Shown here: positions 1 through 7,035 of the stretch, piece after piece
How the letters are laid out: each line of letters begins with the position of its first letter
Numbering within the stretch: the first letter of the stretch is position 1
Assembly (NCBI GenBank): GCA_051747805.1
Contig: JBNJGP010000085.1
Span: 1-10,381 of the forward strand
Direction: 5' to 3'
Length of the DNA: 10,381 bases
DNA from: Candidatus Muiribacteriota bacterium
Lineage (GTDB): Bacteria; Muiribacteriota; Muiribacteriia; Muiribacteriales; Muiribacteriaceae
Notes under the pieces: generated by a model
What the model was told of the DNA's origin: nothing
Databases searched by the model: none
What the model saw: only the letters and a program-made list of their open reading frames with translations
Position numbers and translations under genes: made by a program

Positions 1-97
1 AAGAATTTACTATTATTCTCAAATCATAGAAATTTAGTCAATTAAAGGTTCATATTATTAAGTTGAGAAGTTTTAAGTTAATCAAATAAATTTAAAA

Positions 98-1006
98 TCA
101 GTATCTTTTTGAAAAAAGCTTCCAATTAAATTTAATTTCATTAAATGCATTTTCAACACCAACATCTAAAATCGGAGAACTGTAAACATAATCTTCACCT
201 GGCTTTTTTGCAGACAGTGAATTCTGATAAAAACAACCTTCAGGATTAATCATTATATAGGAATTTGTCATTGCATTGTTATCTTCTTCAACAATTATAT
301 TTTTATATTTTGTATGACGGTTAACAAAAGTTGTAAATTGTTCTTTTGTAATATTAAGTTCATTATTTACAACAGGCAAAACCTGAAGCAACTTCCACTT
401 GTCAGGGCCTAGCATACAAATAAGCGAATTAAGATCTTCATTACAATTTAATGAGTTAATTACAGTATTGATTTTTATTACTGCATCTTTATTTAATTTT
501 TTTAGATTTTGAATCTGTTTTTTTAATTTATCAAAATCAAGAGGTTCATCTCTTTTATTGCATCTTCCAATTTTTTCCAAAGTATCTTTTTTATCTGAAT
601 CAATACTGACTCCCAGCATGGATATTTTTTGACCAACAGTATTTACAAACCGATCTGTGATCAAACTACCGTTTGTAATGATCGAAATTTTAAAATCATA
701 TTTTTCTGCAAGGAATATTAAATCTTCAAATCTTTTTCCAACAAGGAAAGGCTCACCTCCTGCAAAGTTTAAACGAATGTTTTCCCATGATAAAAATTTG
801 GAAATAGGGTTAGAAAAATTATCAGGCTGAAAAAATTTTTTAAGTAAAAAAAACAATTTATCTACCTTCTTAAGATCTCCGTGTATTTCATCTCTCTTAT
901 AATCACTCCAGCGAGCATAACAATATTTACATCCATAATTACAGGCTTCTGTTACATGATAATTAATTACAAGATCTGATACTGTGGTTTTAATTTCCTT
1001 AGACAT
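98..1006 (-). CDS. pVip: Prokaryotic viperin (pVip), radical SAM antiviral ddhNTP synthase, ~302 aa
   Basis: Radical SAM CxxxCxxC in viperin-like context (INYHVTEACNYGCKYCY), plus NFAGGEPF, ISIITNGS, GVSIDS, IKINTV, WKLLQVLP and C-terminal MTNSYIMINPEGCF motifs. Preferred start is ATG at 1006 (MSKEIK), preceded by SD-like AAGGGA, rather than the track's 1048. Confidence 0.93.
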   Translation of the reverse strand: MSKEIKTTVSDLVINYHVTEACNYGCKYCYARWSDYKRDEIHGDLKKVDKLFFLLKKFFQPDNFSNPISKFLSWENIRLNFAGGEPFLVGKRFEDLIFLAEKYDFKISIITNGSLITDRFVNTVGQKISMLGVSIDSDKKDTLEKIGRCNKRDEPLDFDKLKKQIQNLKKLNKDAVIKINTVINSLNCNEDLNSLICMLGPDKWKLLQVLPVVNNELNITKEQFTTFVNRHTKYKNIIVEEDNNAMTNSYIMINPEGCFYQNSLSAKKPGEDYVYSSPILDVGVENAFNEIKFNWKLFSKRY

Positions 1007-1017
1007 GATTTTTCCCT

Positions 1018-1056
1018 TTAGCTTGAGGTTAATTGTACTCTTAACCACAAGGCTAA
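1018..1056. promoter_or_regulatory. Imperfect inverted repeat just upstream of the pVip RBS, with a possible -10 (TACAAT, minus strand) in its spacer
   Basis: TTAGCTTGAGGTTAA (1018-1032) pairs with TTAACCACAAGGCTAA (1041-1056) with one mismatch and one bulge around an 8-nt spacer. Minus-strand TACAAT lies at 1032-1037. Confidence 0.5.
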
Positions 1057-1068
1057 TGCCCCTATAAA

Positions 1069-1085
1069 GACAAATGGGGACAAAT
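1069..1085 (+). promoter_or_regulatory. Candidate operator, copy 1 (GACAAAT-GGG-GACAAAT) upstream of pVip
   Basis: Direct repeat GACAAAT at 1069-1075 and 1079-1085 (10-bp period). 1069-1082 is identical to the reverse complement of 1537-1550. Confidence 0.6.
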
Positions 1086-1149
1086 AAAGGAAAAATTATT
1101 TAAATTTTTTTGAGAAAGTGGGGTTAAAGCTTGTTATTATCTATCTATA

Positions 1150-1545
1150 TTAGACCTCATAATTTTTTTTAAGAGAATCATCAATTAATTTTGATACCTC
1201 TTTCATTTTTTGATTGAACTCGTCGCTGAACTTATCCTTAAAAAGATTTCTTGGCAGGATTAAATCTGTTTTTCTTACTTCATCAAGATCATATAAAATT
1301 CTTTGATATTCTTTTATCTCTCGCAACTTTAAATGTGTTGATGAATTTCTATGGATATCTTTTTTAAATTTTTCAATAAATCTTTTTATTTCTTCTTCAA
1401 CGTCTGTATTGAATTTTTCATAAAAAACCCTTTCTGCAAAACGGGGAATTTTCCATCCAATTTTACCTAGCACTTCTTTTATATCATTTTGGATTTTATT
1501 AATTTCTTCTCTTATTTCTTCTTTTTTTTTAAGTTCTGTCCCCAT
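1150..1545 (-). CDS. 131-aa charged helical protein, putative Cro/XRE-like HTH DNA-binding regulator
   Basis: ATG at 1545 (MGTELKK) with SD-like GGAAGGGA, preferred over the track's 1584. IKEVLGKI-GW-KIPRFAERVF resembles XRE helix1-G-helix2, followed by an acidic loop and a basic helix (IKRFIEKFKKDIHR). The ORF is confident; the HTH fold is inference. Confidence 0.6.
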   Translation of the reverse strand: MGTELKKKEEIREEINKIQNDIKEVLGKIGWKIPRFAERVFYEKFNTDVEEEIKRFIEKFKKDIHRNSSTHLKLREIKEYQRILYDLDEVRKTDLILPRNLFKDKFSDEFNQKMKEVSKLIDDSLKKNYEV

Positions 1546-1553
1546 TTGTCCCT
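1534..1553 (-). promoter_or_regulatory. Candidate operator, copy 2, overlapping the RBS and ATG of the 131-aa gene
   Basis: Minus strand reads AGGGACAAATGGGGACAGAA, containing the same 14-mer GACAAATGGGGACA (1537-1550). The ATG within it is the gene's start codon. Confidence 0.6.
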
Positions 1554-1609
1554 TCCAGTATCTTAATATCAATCTCAATAACAACTATTAAATCTAAGGA
1601 GAGTGTTGA

Positions 1610-1750
1610 ATGACTAAAAAAATTAAACCCACTGACAATACTTCAAATCAGAAAAACGCAAACAAAGGAACTGCTGGTACAAACAAGCAGTATGATCAGG
1701 TTCACGGTAATCGCAGTAAGCAGATTGAAAAAACAAGAAATAATTCCTAA
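1610..1750 (+). CDS. 46-aa hydrophilic microprotein, absent from the ORF track: MTKKIKPTDNTSNQKNANKGTAGTNKQYDQVHGNRSKQIEKTRNNS
   Basis: Strong SD TAAGGAG (1596-1602), ATG 1610-1612, TAA 1748-1750 and a terminator hairpin directly after. It fills an otherwise empty gap between minus-strand genes. Confidence 0.8.
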   Translation: MTKKIKPTDNTSNQKNANKGTAGTNKQYDQVHGNRSKQIEKTRNNS

Positions 1751-1755
1751 TCTAT

Positions 1756-1785
1756 ATGGGAGGCAAAAGCCTCCCATTAATTTTT
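1756..1785 (+). terminator. Rho-independent terminator, possibly bidirectional, between convergent genes
   Basis: Perfect 9-bp stem ATGGGAGGC/GCCTCCCAT (1756-1764/1769-1777), AAAA loop, followed by TAATTTTT. It lies between the microprotein stop (1750) and the zinc-ribbon gene stop (1784). Confidence 0.85.
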
Positions 1786-2203
1786 ATTTATAGATGCATT
1801 TGCTTGCATATCTTGTAAAAGTTTTCATAAATTCGTTTTCCTCCTGCTTATATTGATAATAATTAAACTCTTCCTGAGTTTTTAACAAAGCACATTCACA
1901 GATATCCTTTTTTCTATAGTAATTCTTGTAAGAAAGTGGTTCTTCATTGAATGAAACACATGAATCAATAAGGCTGTATTCAACATTAATGGGGTATCTG
2001 TTCTTTTCAAATGCATCATCCATTAAATGTCCGCTTCCAAGACCTATTACCAAAGCAGCTACTATTATTGCTACACCACCGGCTTTCTTTTTTTGTGTTA
2101 GAATTGTTTTGCAATTGGAGCATTCAACAGGTTTTGATAGAGCTATTGCGTTTTTCTTTTTACATTTGGGACATTGAATAGAGATTATATTGTTTTCTTC
2201 CAT
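1784..2203 (-). CDS. Zinc-ribbon / single-TM membrane protein of unknown function, 139 aa
   Basis: N-terminal CPKC...CSNC zinc ribbon, basic patch KKK, hydrophobic helix GGVAIIVAALVIGLG, and a C-terminal domain with four more Cys (SC, CEC, KC). Confidence 0.8.
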   Translation of the reverse strand: MEENNIISIQCPKCKKKNAIALSKPVECSNCKTILTQKKKAGGVAIIVAALVIGLGSGHLMDDAFEKNRYPINVEYSLIDSCVSFNEEPLSYKNYYRKKDICECALLKTQEEFNYYQYKQEENEFMKTFTRYASKCIYK

Positions 2204-2221
2204 TTTATAGCCTTTAAAATA

Positions 2222-2761
2222 TCAATTTATAACATCTGCGCTAACAGGATTTTGTCCTTCACTTATTTCTCCAAATGCAGTCACCATGTAAAAATAAAAA
2301 ATTATTTTTAATATAATATCAAAAAAAAATTCATAAGCACCGCCTTCAAAAACATATGAATAAATCTCTTTTTTAATCAATTCTTCAAGCAGGACATGGG
2401 AAACAGACAAAATTAAAATAAAAAACAAAATTTTTATACCTATCGGTACAGACAAGCAAATAAATCTTTCAATAAAGTTTTCTCCATCACCTCGGCTGTT
2501 TTCCCAAAAACAAATATATACCCCAAAAATATGGATTAATAAAAGAACACCCAGGCGAATAAAATAAGCTTTAGAAGAAAGCTCTGATTGAACTACTTCT
2601 CCAGAAATGTATTCCTGTGGATATTCAAAACAAAAACTGGCAAGTAAACTCCAGAGCAATACAACTATCAAATATTTCATTGTATCTTTTTGAGTTATAG
2701 ATTTTTTTTTAAAATCTTGAATCAATTTTTTAGAACTGAATAAATGTATAATATTAACCAT
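2222..2761 (-). CDS. Integral membrane protein (~4 TM helices), unknown function
   Basis: Four hydrophobic segments (YLIVVLLWSLLASFCF; LGVLLLIHIFGVYICFW; ICLSVPIGIKILFFILILSV; FFFDIILKIIFYFYMVTAF). Start uncertain: ATG 2761, TTG 2770 or ATG 2680. Confidence 0.7.
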   Translation of the reverse strand: MVNIIHLFSSKKLIQDFKKKSITQKDTMKYLIVVLLWSLLASFCFEYPQEYISGEVVQSELSSKAYFIRLGVLLLIHIFGVYICFWENSRGDGENFIERFICLSVPIGIKILFFILILSVSHVLLEELIKKEIYSYVFEGGAYEFFFDIILKIIFYFYMVTAFGEISEGQNPVSADVIN

Positions 2762-2822
2762 CCTGAGCAAGAATTAAATAAATACTTATATCAATAAAAT
2801 AGTATAATCGAACAACTTTTGT

Positions 2823-5800
2823 TCAGTGAGCCCAATGCTCCGACAACACCTCAGCCTGCTGAAGAACAAGTGTTACAGCTTCTTCTGATTTATCAGGAGG
2901 ATATTTCCATTTTTTAAGGGCTCTTTTCACAAGAATTCTCAGTTTTGCACGTACACTGTCTCTTACCTGCCAGTCAACAGTTGTACTGCTTTTAAGTTTT
3001 TCAGTGATAAATTTTGCAAGTTCCCGGAGTTTGATATCCCCTAATTGCCTTACTGCACTTTCATTTTGAATTAAAGCGCGGTAAAAGGCTATTTCATCTG
3101 TGTTAAGACCTGATTTTTCGGCAAGCTTTTCATCTTTTTCCATATCCTTTGCCATCTGAATCAATTCTTCAATAACCTGAGCTGTTTCAACAGATCTGTT
3201 ATTGTACTTTCTTAAAGTTTCAATAATTCTGTCCGAATATTTTTTTTCCTGAACCACATCATTTTTCATTCTCGATTTAATCTGATCCTTTAAAAGCCGT
3301 TCAAGCAAAGATACAGCAAGGTTTTTTTGAGGCATATTTTTTACATCTTCTAAAAAGTCATCTGATAAAAGCCCTATATTCGGTTTTTCAAGACCTGCAA
3401 GTTTAAATACATCTGCAACACCATTTGCAATTATCGCATTATCTATTATCTGTTTTAATACAGAATTTTGCTCCGCTTCACTCTGCTTTTTATCAACACT
3501 GGTATATTTACTTATTGCTGACTTCACAGCTGAGAAAAAAGCTATCTCTTTTTTTAAGGCTTCTGCTTTTTCAAGTGTACCACAAAGAGTATATGCCTTA
3601 CTGATTGCAGCAACAGCATCAGAAAAACGTTTTTTACCGTCGTCAAGGCCCAGAATATGATCCATAGCCAGTGGAAGAAGCTGAAGTGCCTTTAATTCAA
3701 AATCACTATAATCAAACCCATGAAACATACCGCGTACAACATCCATTTTTTCAATCAGAATTGCATAGGCCTGGTATGAATCAATGGCAGGTTCTCCTCT
3801 GCCGTTGGCATCGGTATAATCTTTTAAGGCCTGTTTCAGTTCATTGGCAATTCCTATATAATCTACAACAAGACCGCCGGGTTTATCTTTAAAAACTCGA
3901 TTTACCCTGGCAATGGCCTGCATTAAATTATGACCTTTCATAGGTTTATCAACATACATTGTATGACATACAGGCGCATCAAAACCTGTGAGCCACATAT
4001 CCCGGACAATAACAAGTTTTAATTCATCCTCACTATCCTTAAACCTCTTCTCCAGCTGCTTTTTTTGCTGCTTATTGTATAAATGTTTCTGAAGCTCTGA
4101 TCTGTCAGAAGCACTTCCTGTCATCACAACCCTTAGAGTACCGTTATTTGCATCATAATACCCTGTTTTATCAACAGATTCTTTATTAAGCTTTCCCTGC
4201 CATTCAGGTTTTAATTCTACTATAGCGTTAAACATTGCCACACAAATTTCCCTGCTCATGCATACAATCATTGCTTTTCCGGGAAATGTTTCTGTTCTTG
4301 ATGTAAAATGATTTACCAGATCCTTTGCTACCTGTTTAATTCTGGGCTCAGACCCGACAAGCTTTTCAAGGGCAGCCCACCTGCTTTTTGTACTTTCCCT
4401 GGCTGAAAGATCTTCCTCATCTTCAATAACTTCTTCTACTTCATTATTAAGCTCGTCTATTTCATCCCTGTTAATATCAAGCTTTGCTAGCCGGGCTTCA
4501 TAATAAATAGGAACAGTTGAACCATCATCCACAGCATCCTGAATATCATAAATACTTACATAACCTCCAAAAACAGCGCGTGTATCCTTATCATCCATTG
4601 AGATAGGGGTTCCTGTGAATCCAAGAAAAGTTGCATTCGGCATAGAGTCTCTAAGGTGTTTTGAGTATCCAAAGGTATACTTTCCTGTTGCTGTGTTAAG
4701 CTTTGCCTTTTCTCCGTACTGACTTCTGTGGGCTTCATCCGAAATTACAACAATATTATTTCTGCTGTTTAACACAGGGTGTTTTTCTTCTCCGTTCAGC
4801 AATGAGAATTTCTGAATTGTGGTAAATATAATTCCACCTGCCTGCCGGGCTGCAAGAGTCTCACGAAGTTCTTCACGTCCGTCAGCCTGAACCGGAGTCT
4901 GCTTTAAAGTATCTTTAGACATTTTAAAAGTATCAAAAAGCTGACCATCAAGATCGTTTCTGTCTGTAACAATTATAATAGTCGGATTGTTCATTTCCCT
5001 CTGCTGAAGCAGCTTTCCTGCATAGCAGACCATGGAAATACTTTTTCCTGAGCCCTGGGTATGCCAGACAACCCCGGCTTTTTTAGATCCGGGTTCAACC
5101 TCTTTTCCCCATGGAGCACGGCGATCATCTATTTTATTTTTATCAGGCAGACGTGATGCCGTAATAGTTGCATTTACAGCTTCTCTTACAGCATGGAACT
5201 GATGATAACCTGCAATCTTTTTAACAATATTGTCTCCGTTTACTTCAAAAAGGACAAAATAACGGGTATAATCAAGAAACAATTGTTTATCAAAAAAACC
5301 TTTTACAATGGTTTCAAGCTGAAATTTAAAACCAGGTCTATCGTCTTCATTCAGAATGGTTCTCCACGGCATAAACCATTCTTTACTTGCTGTTAACGAA
5401 CCTATACGCCCATTCATACCATCGCTAATAACCATGGCCTCGTTAAATGTAAAAAGCTCTGATATCTCTTCTTTATAGGTTTGAAGCTGATTATATGCAT
5501 CCCATACATCGGCATTTTCATCAGCAGGATTTTTAAGCTCTATAACTGCAACCGGGAGTCCGTTTACAAATACAACTATATCAGGACGACGGATTTTATT
5601 TGTACCTGAAACACTGAACTGATTAACAACAAGAAATTCATTATTATTACTCTTGCTAAAATCGATAAGCCTCACATAATCATCAACTATTTCATCATTT
5701 TGTCGGTATTGAACAGAAACACCTTCAATAAGGTATTTGTGAAAAATTCTGTTATTTTTTATGAGAATTGGAGTTTCAGGCTTTGAAATACGGATTACAG

Positions 5801-6002
5801 CTTCCTCAAGTGCAGTATGAGGAATATCAGGATTAATAAGCTTAAGCCTTGATAAAAGCCTGCTTTTCAATATTACCTCGCGGTAATCTTCCCTGTCAGG
5901 AGAATCACTTTCAGGTGCAATATCTTTTCCATTTACAATGGTGTATCCCTTTTCTTCAAACCAGTTCAGACAGAGTTGTTCCAGTTGGTCTTCATTTATC
6001 AT
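2823..6002 (-). CDS. hsdR: Type I restriction endonuclease subunit R
   Basis: PD-(D/E)xK nuclease (RPDIVVFVNGLPVAVIELK), Walker A WHTQGSGKS, DEAH box (SDEAHRSQY), motif III FTGTP, MWLTGFDAP, motif VI QAIARVNR; 1059 aa and intact. Confidence 0.98.
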   Translation of the reverse strand: MINEDQLEQLCLNWFEEKGYTIVNGKDIAPESDSPDREDYREVILKSRLLSRLKLINPDIPHTALEEAVIRISKPETPILIKNNRIFHKYLIEGVSVQYRQNDEIVDDYVRLIDFSKSNNNEFLVVNQFSVSGTNKIRRPDIVVFVNGLPVAVIELKNPADENADVWDAYNQLQTYKEEISELFTFNEAMVISDGMNGRIGSLTASKEWFMPWRTILNEDDRPGFKFQLETIVKGFFDKQLFLDYTRYFVLFEVNGDNIVKKIAGYHQFHAVREAVNATITASRLPDKNKIDDRRAPWGKEVEPGSKKAGVVWHTQGSGKSISMVCYAGKLLQQREMNNPTIIIVTDRNDLDGQLFDTFKMSKDTLKQTPVQADGREELRETLAARQAGGIIFTTIQKFSLLNGEEKHPVLNSRNNIVVISDEAHRSQYGEKAKLNTATGKYTFGYSKHLRDSMPNATFLGFTGTPISMDDKDTRAVFGGYVSIYDIQDAVDDGSTVPIYYEARLAKLDINRDEIDELNNEVEEVIEDEEDLSARESTKSRWAALEKLVGSEPRIKQVAKDLVNHFTSRTETFPGKAMIVCMSREICVAMFNAIVELKPEWQGKLNKESVDKTGYYDANNGTLRVVMTGSASDRSELQKHLYNKQQKKQLEKRFKDSEDELKLVIVRDMWLTGFDAPVCHTMYVDKPMKGHNLMQAIARVNRVFKDKPGGLVVDYIGIANELKQALKDYTDANGRGEPAIDSYQAYAILIEKMDVVRGMFHGFDYSDFELKALQLLPLAMDHILGLDDGKKRFSDAVAAISKAYTLCGTLEKAEALKKEIAFFSAVKSAISKYTSVDKKQSEAEQNSVLKQIIDNAIIANGVADVFKLAGLEKPNIGLLSDDFLEDVKNMPQKNLAVSLLERLLKDQIKSRMKNDVVQEKKYSDRIIETLRKYNNRSVETAQVIEELIQMAKDMEKDEKLAEKSGLNTDEIAFYRALIQNESAVRQLGDIKLRELAKFITEKLKSSTTVDWQVRDSVRAKLRILVKRALKKWKYPPDKSEEAVTLVLQQAEVLSEHWAH

Positions 6003-7021
6003 GTAGCGACCTCCATCAATTTTAAAAATAATGCTTCAACGGATTCATCGTGTTCATTCTCTGGATACCAAATTGGAAAGATATTAGCTTTTGACAATTC
6101 TTTTTTGCGGGCTATCCGGTCCACCCCCTCTTTGTCTTCTAAAAGAGCGTAATGTCTTGGTAATGTACTTGATCCCTGATTATTAACAATTTCTAACATA
6201 GATTTTATTGTTCTATCTTGCGATAAGCTACAGCCTAAAAATAAAAGAGACCTACTAAGTAAAATTCGATTAAAAAAAATATTTACAAGTTTTTTATCGC
6301 TATAAGCTTGATTATATTCATCTTTAGTTAATATTCTATTGGATTCTAGATCACAATCACCATGAAGTTTTAATAAAAGACTATTATCCGATGAAATTTT
6401 TTTCATAGCTTCTTCTAAAGCTCTTCCGCTAAGAATACTATCAAATGATTGATGCTGAGATTTATAAATATTTTCAATTAGTTTATCAAAATTAGTAGTT
6501 ATTATTGTTTTATCCTGAAAAAGTTCTGGTAAGTATTGTAATGGTCCATTTACTGTATTTTCTTCTACGTATTTGTTTTCTAAATATTCGTTAAAAAGAG
6601 CCTTGCCTAAATCGTCATATATCAATTGGGCAGCTTCTTCGTACTTACCTAGCTCAAAAAGATCATCTAATTTTTGTTTTTCAACATGTGATTCTTCAGA
6701 TAGTTCATATAAGAATTCTCCCCAACCTGGATATCCACTTGGAATTGACATTCCTGCACCAACAAAAGGTATTAATGTTCCATTTAAGTAACATTTTTTT
6801 AATTGGTTAAATCTTGATGAATTATCAAATAAGCTAAGTATTTCATCTGCTTTATCTAAATATATTAATTTTCGATCTTCAATCCATTCATTGAAAGATA
6901 AATCATATAATTGGGGGTCGAGTACCGATAAAATTTGAGATCTTTCAAATTTTGATTCAAGAATTTGAACCTCGCCTTCACTATTTATATCTTCATTGAA
7001 TAACGGTTTCAAAAATTCCAT
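5999..7021 (-). CDS. SIR2-like domain protein (putative NADase) with an ~80-aa N-terminal extension, 340 aa
   Basis: SIR2 motifs PFVGAGMS-SGYPGW, IITTNFDKLIE, LLKLHGD and LLFLGCSL.D. SD AAGGGG upstream of ATG 7021; ATGA overlap with the hsdR start (5999-6002). Confidence 0.9.
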   Translation of the reverse strand: MEFLKPLFNEDINSEGEVQILESKFERSQILSVLDPQLYDLSFNEWIEDRKLIYLDKADEILSLFDNSSRFNQLKKCYLNGTLIPFVGAGMSIPSGYPGWGEFLYELSEESHVEKQKLDDLFELGKYEEAAQLIYDDLGKALFNEYLENKYVEENTVNGPLQYLPELFQDKTIITTNFDKLIENIYKSQHQSFDSILSGRALEEAMKKISSDNSLLLKLHGDCDLESNRILTKDEYNQAYSDKKLVNIFFNRILLSRSLLFLGCSLSQDRTIKSMLEIVNNQGSSTLPRHYALLEDKEGVDRIARKKELSKANIFPIWYPENEHDESVEALFLKLMEVAT

Positions 7022-7035
7022 TAGATAAAGACCCC

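Noticed and set aside
1007..1048. ORF-track N-terminal extension of pVip (start 1048)
   Set aside because: GTG start inside a palindrome with no clear SD; ATG 1006 has an SD and gives a typical viperin N-terminus.
1522..1530. A9 tract near the start of the 131-aa gene as a phase-variation switch
   Set aside because: Similar 9-nt A/T runs occur elsewhere (2321-2329, 2702-2710, 8318-8326) in this AT-rich DNA, and the frames are intact.
2249..2260. Partial operator-like match (minus strand GAAGGACAAAAT) upstream of the zinc-ribbon gene
   Set aside because: Single degenerate half-site inside a coding region, compatible with chance.
2810..2824. Small inverted repeat GAACAA-CTT-TTGTTC after the hsdR stop
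   Set aside because: A 6-bp AT-rich stem is too weak to call a terminator.
5999..7021. Assigning the SIR2 gene to Thoeris, DSR, Sir2-HerA or pAgo systems
   Set aside because: It is too short for DSR, shows no SLOG or Macro domain, and none of the partner genes are in the window.
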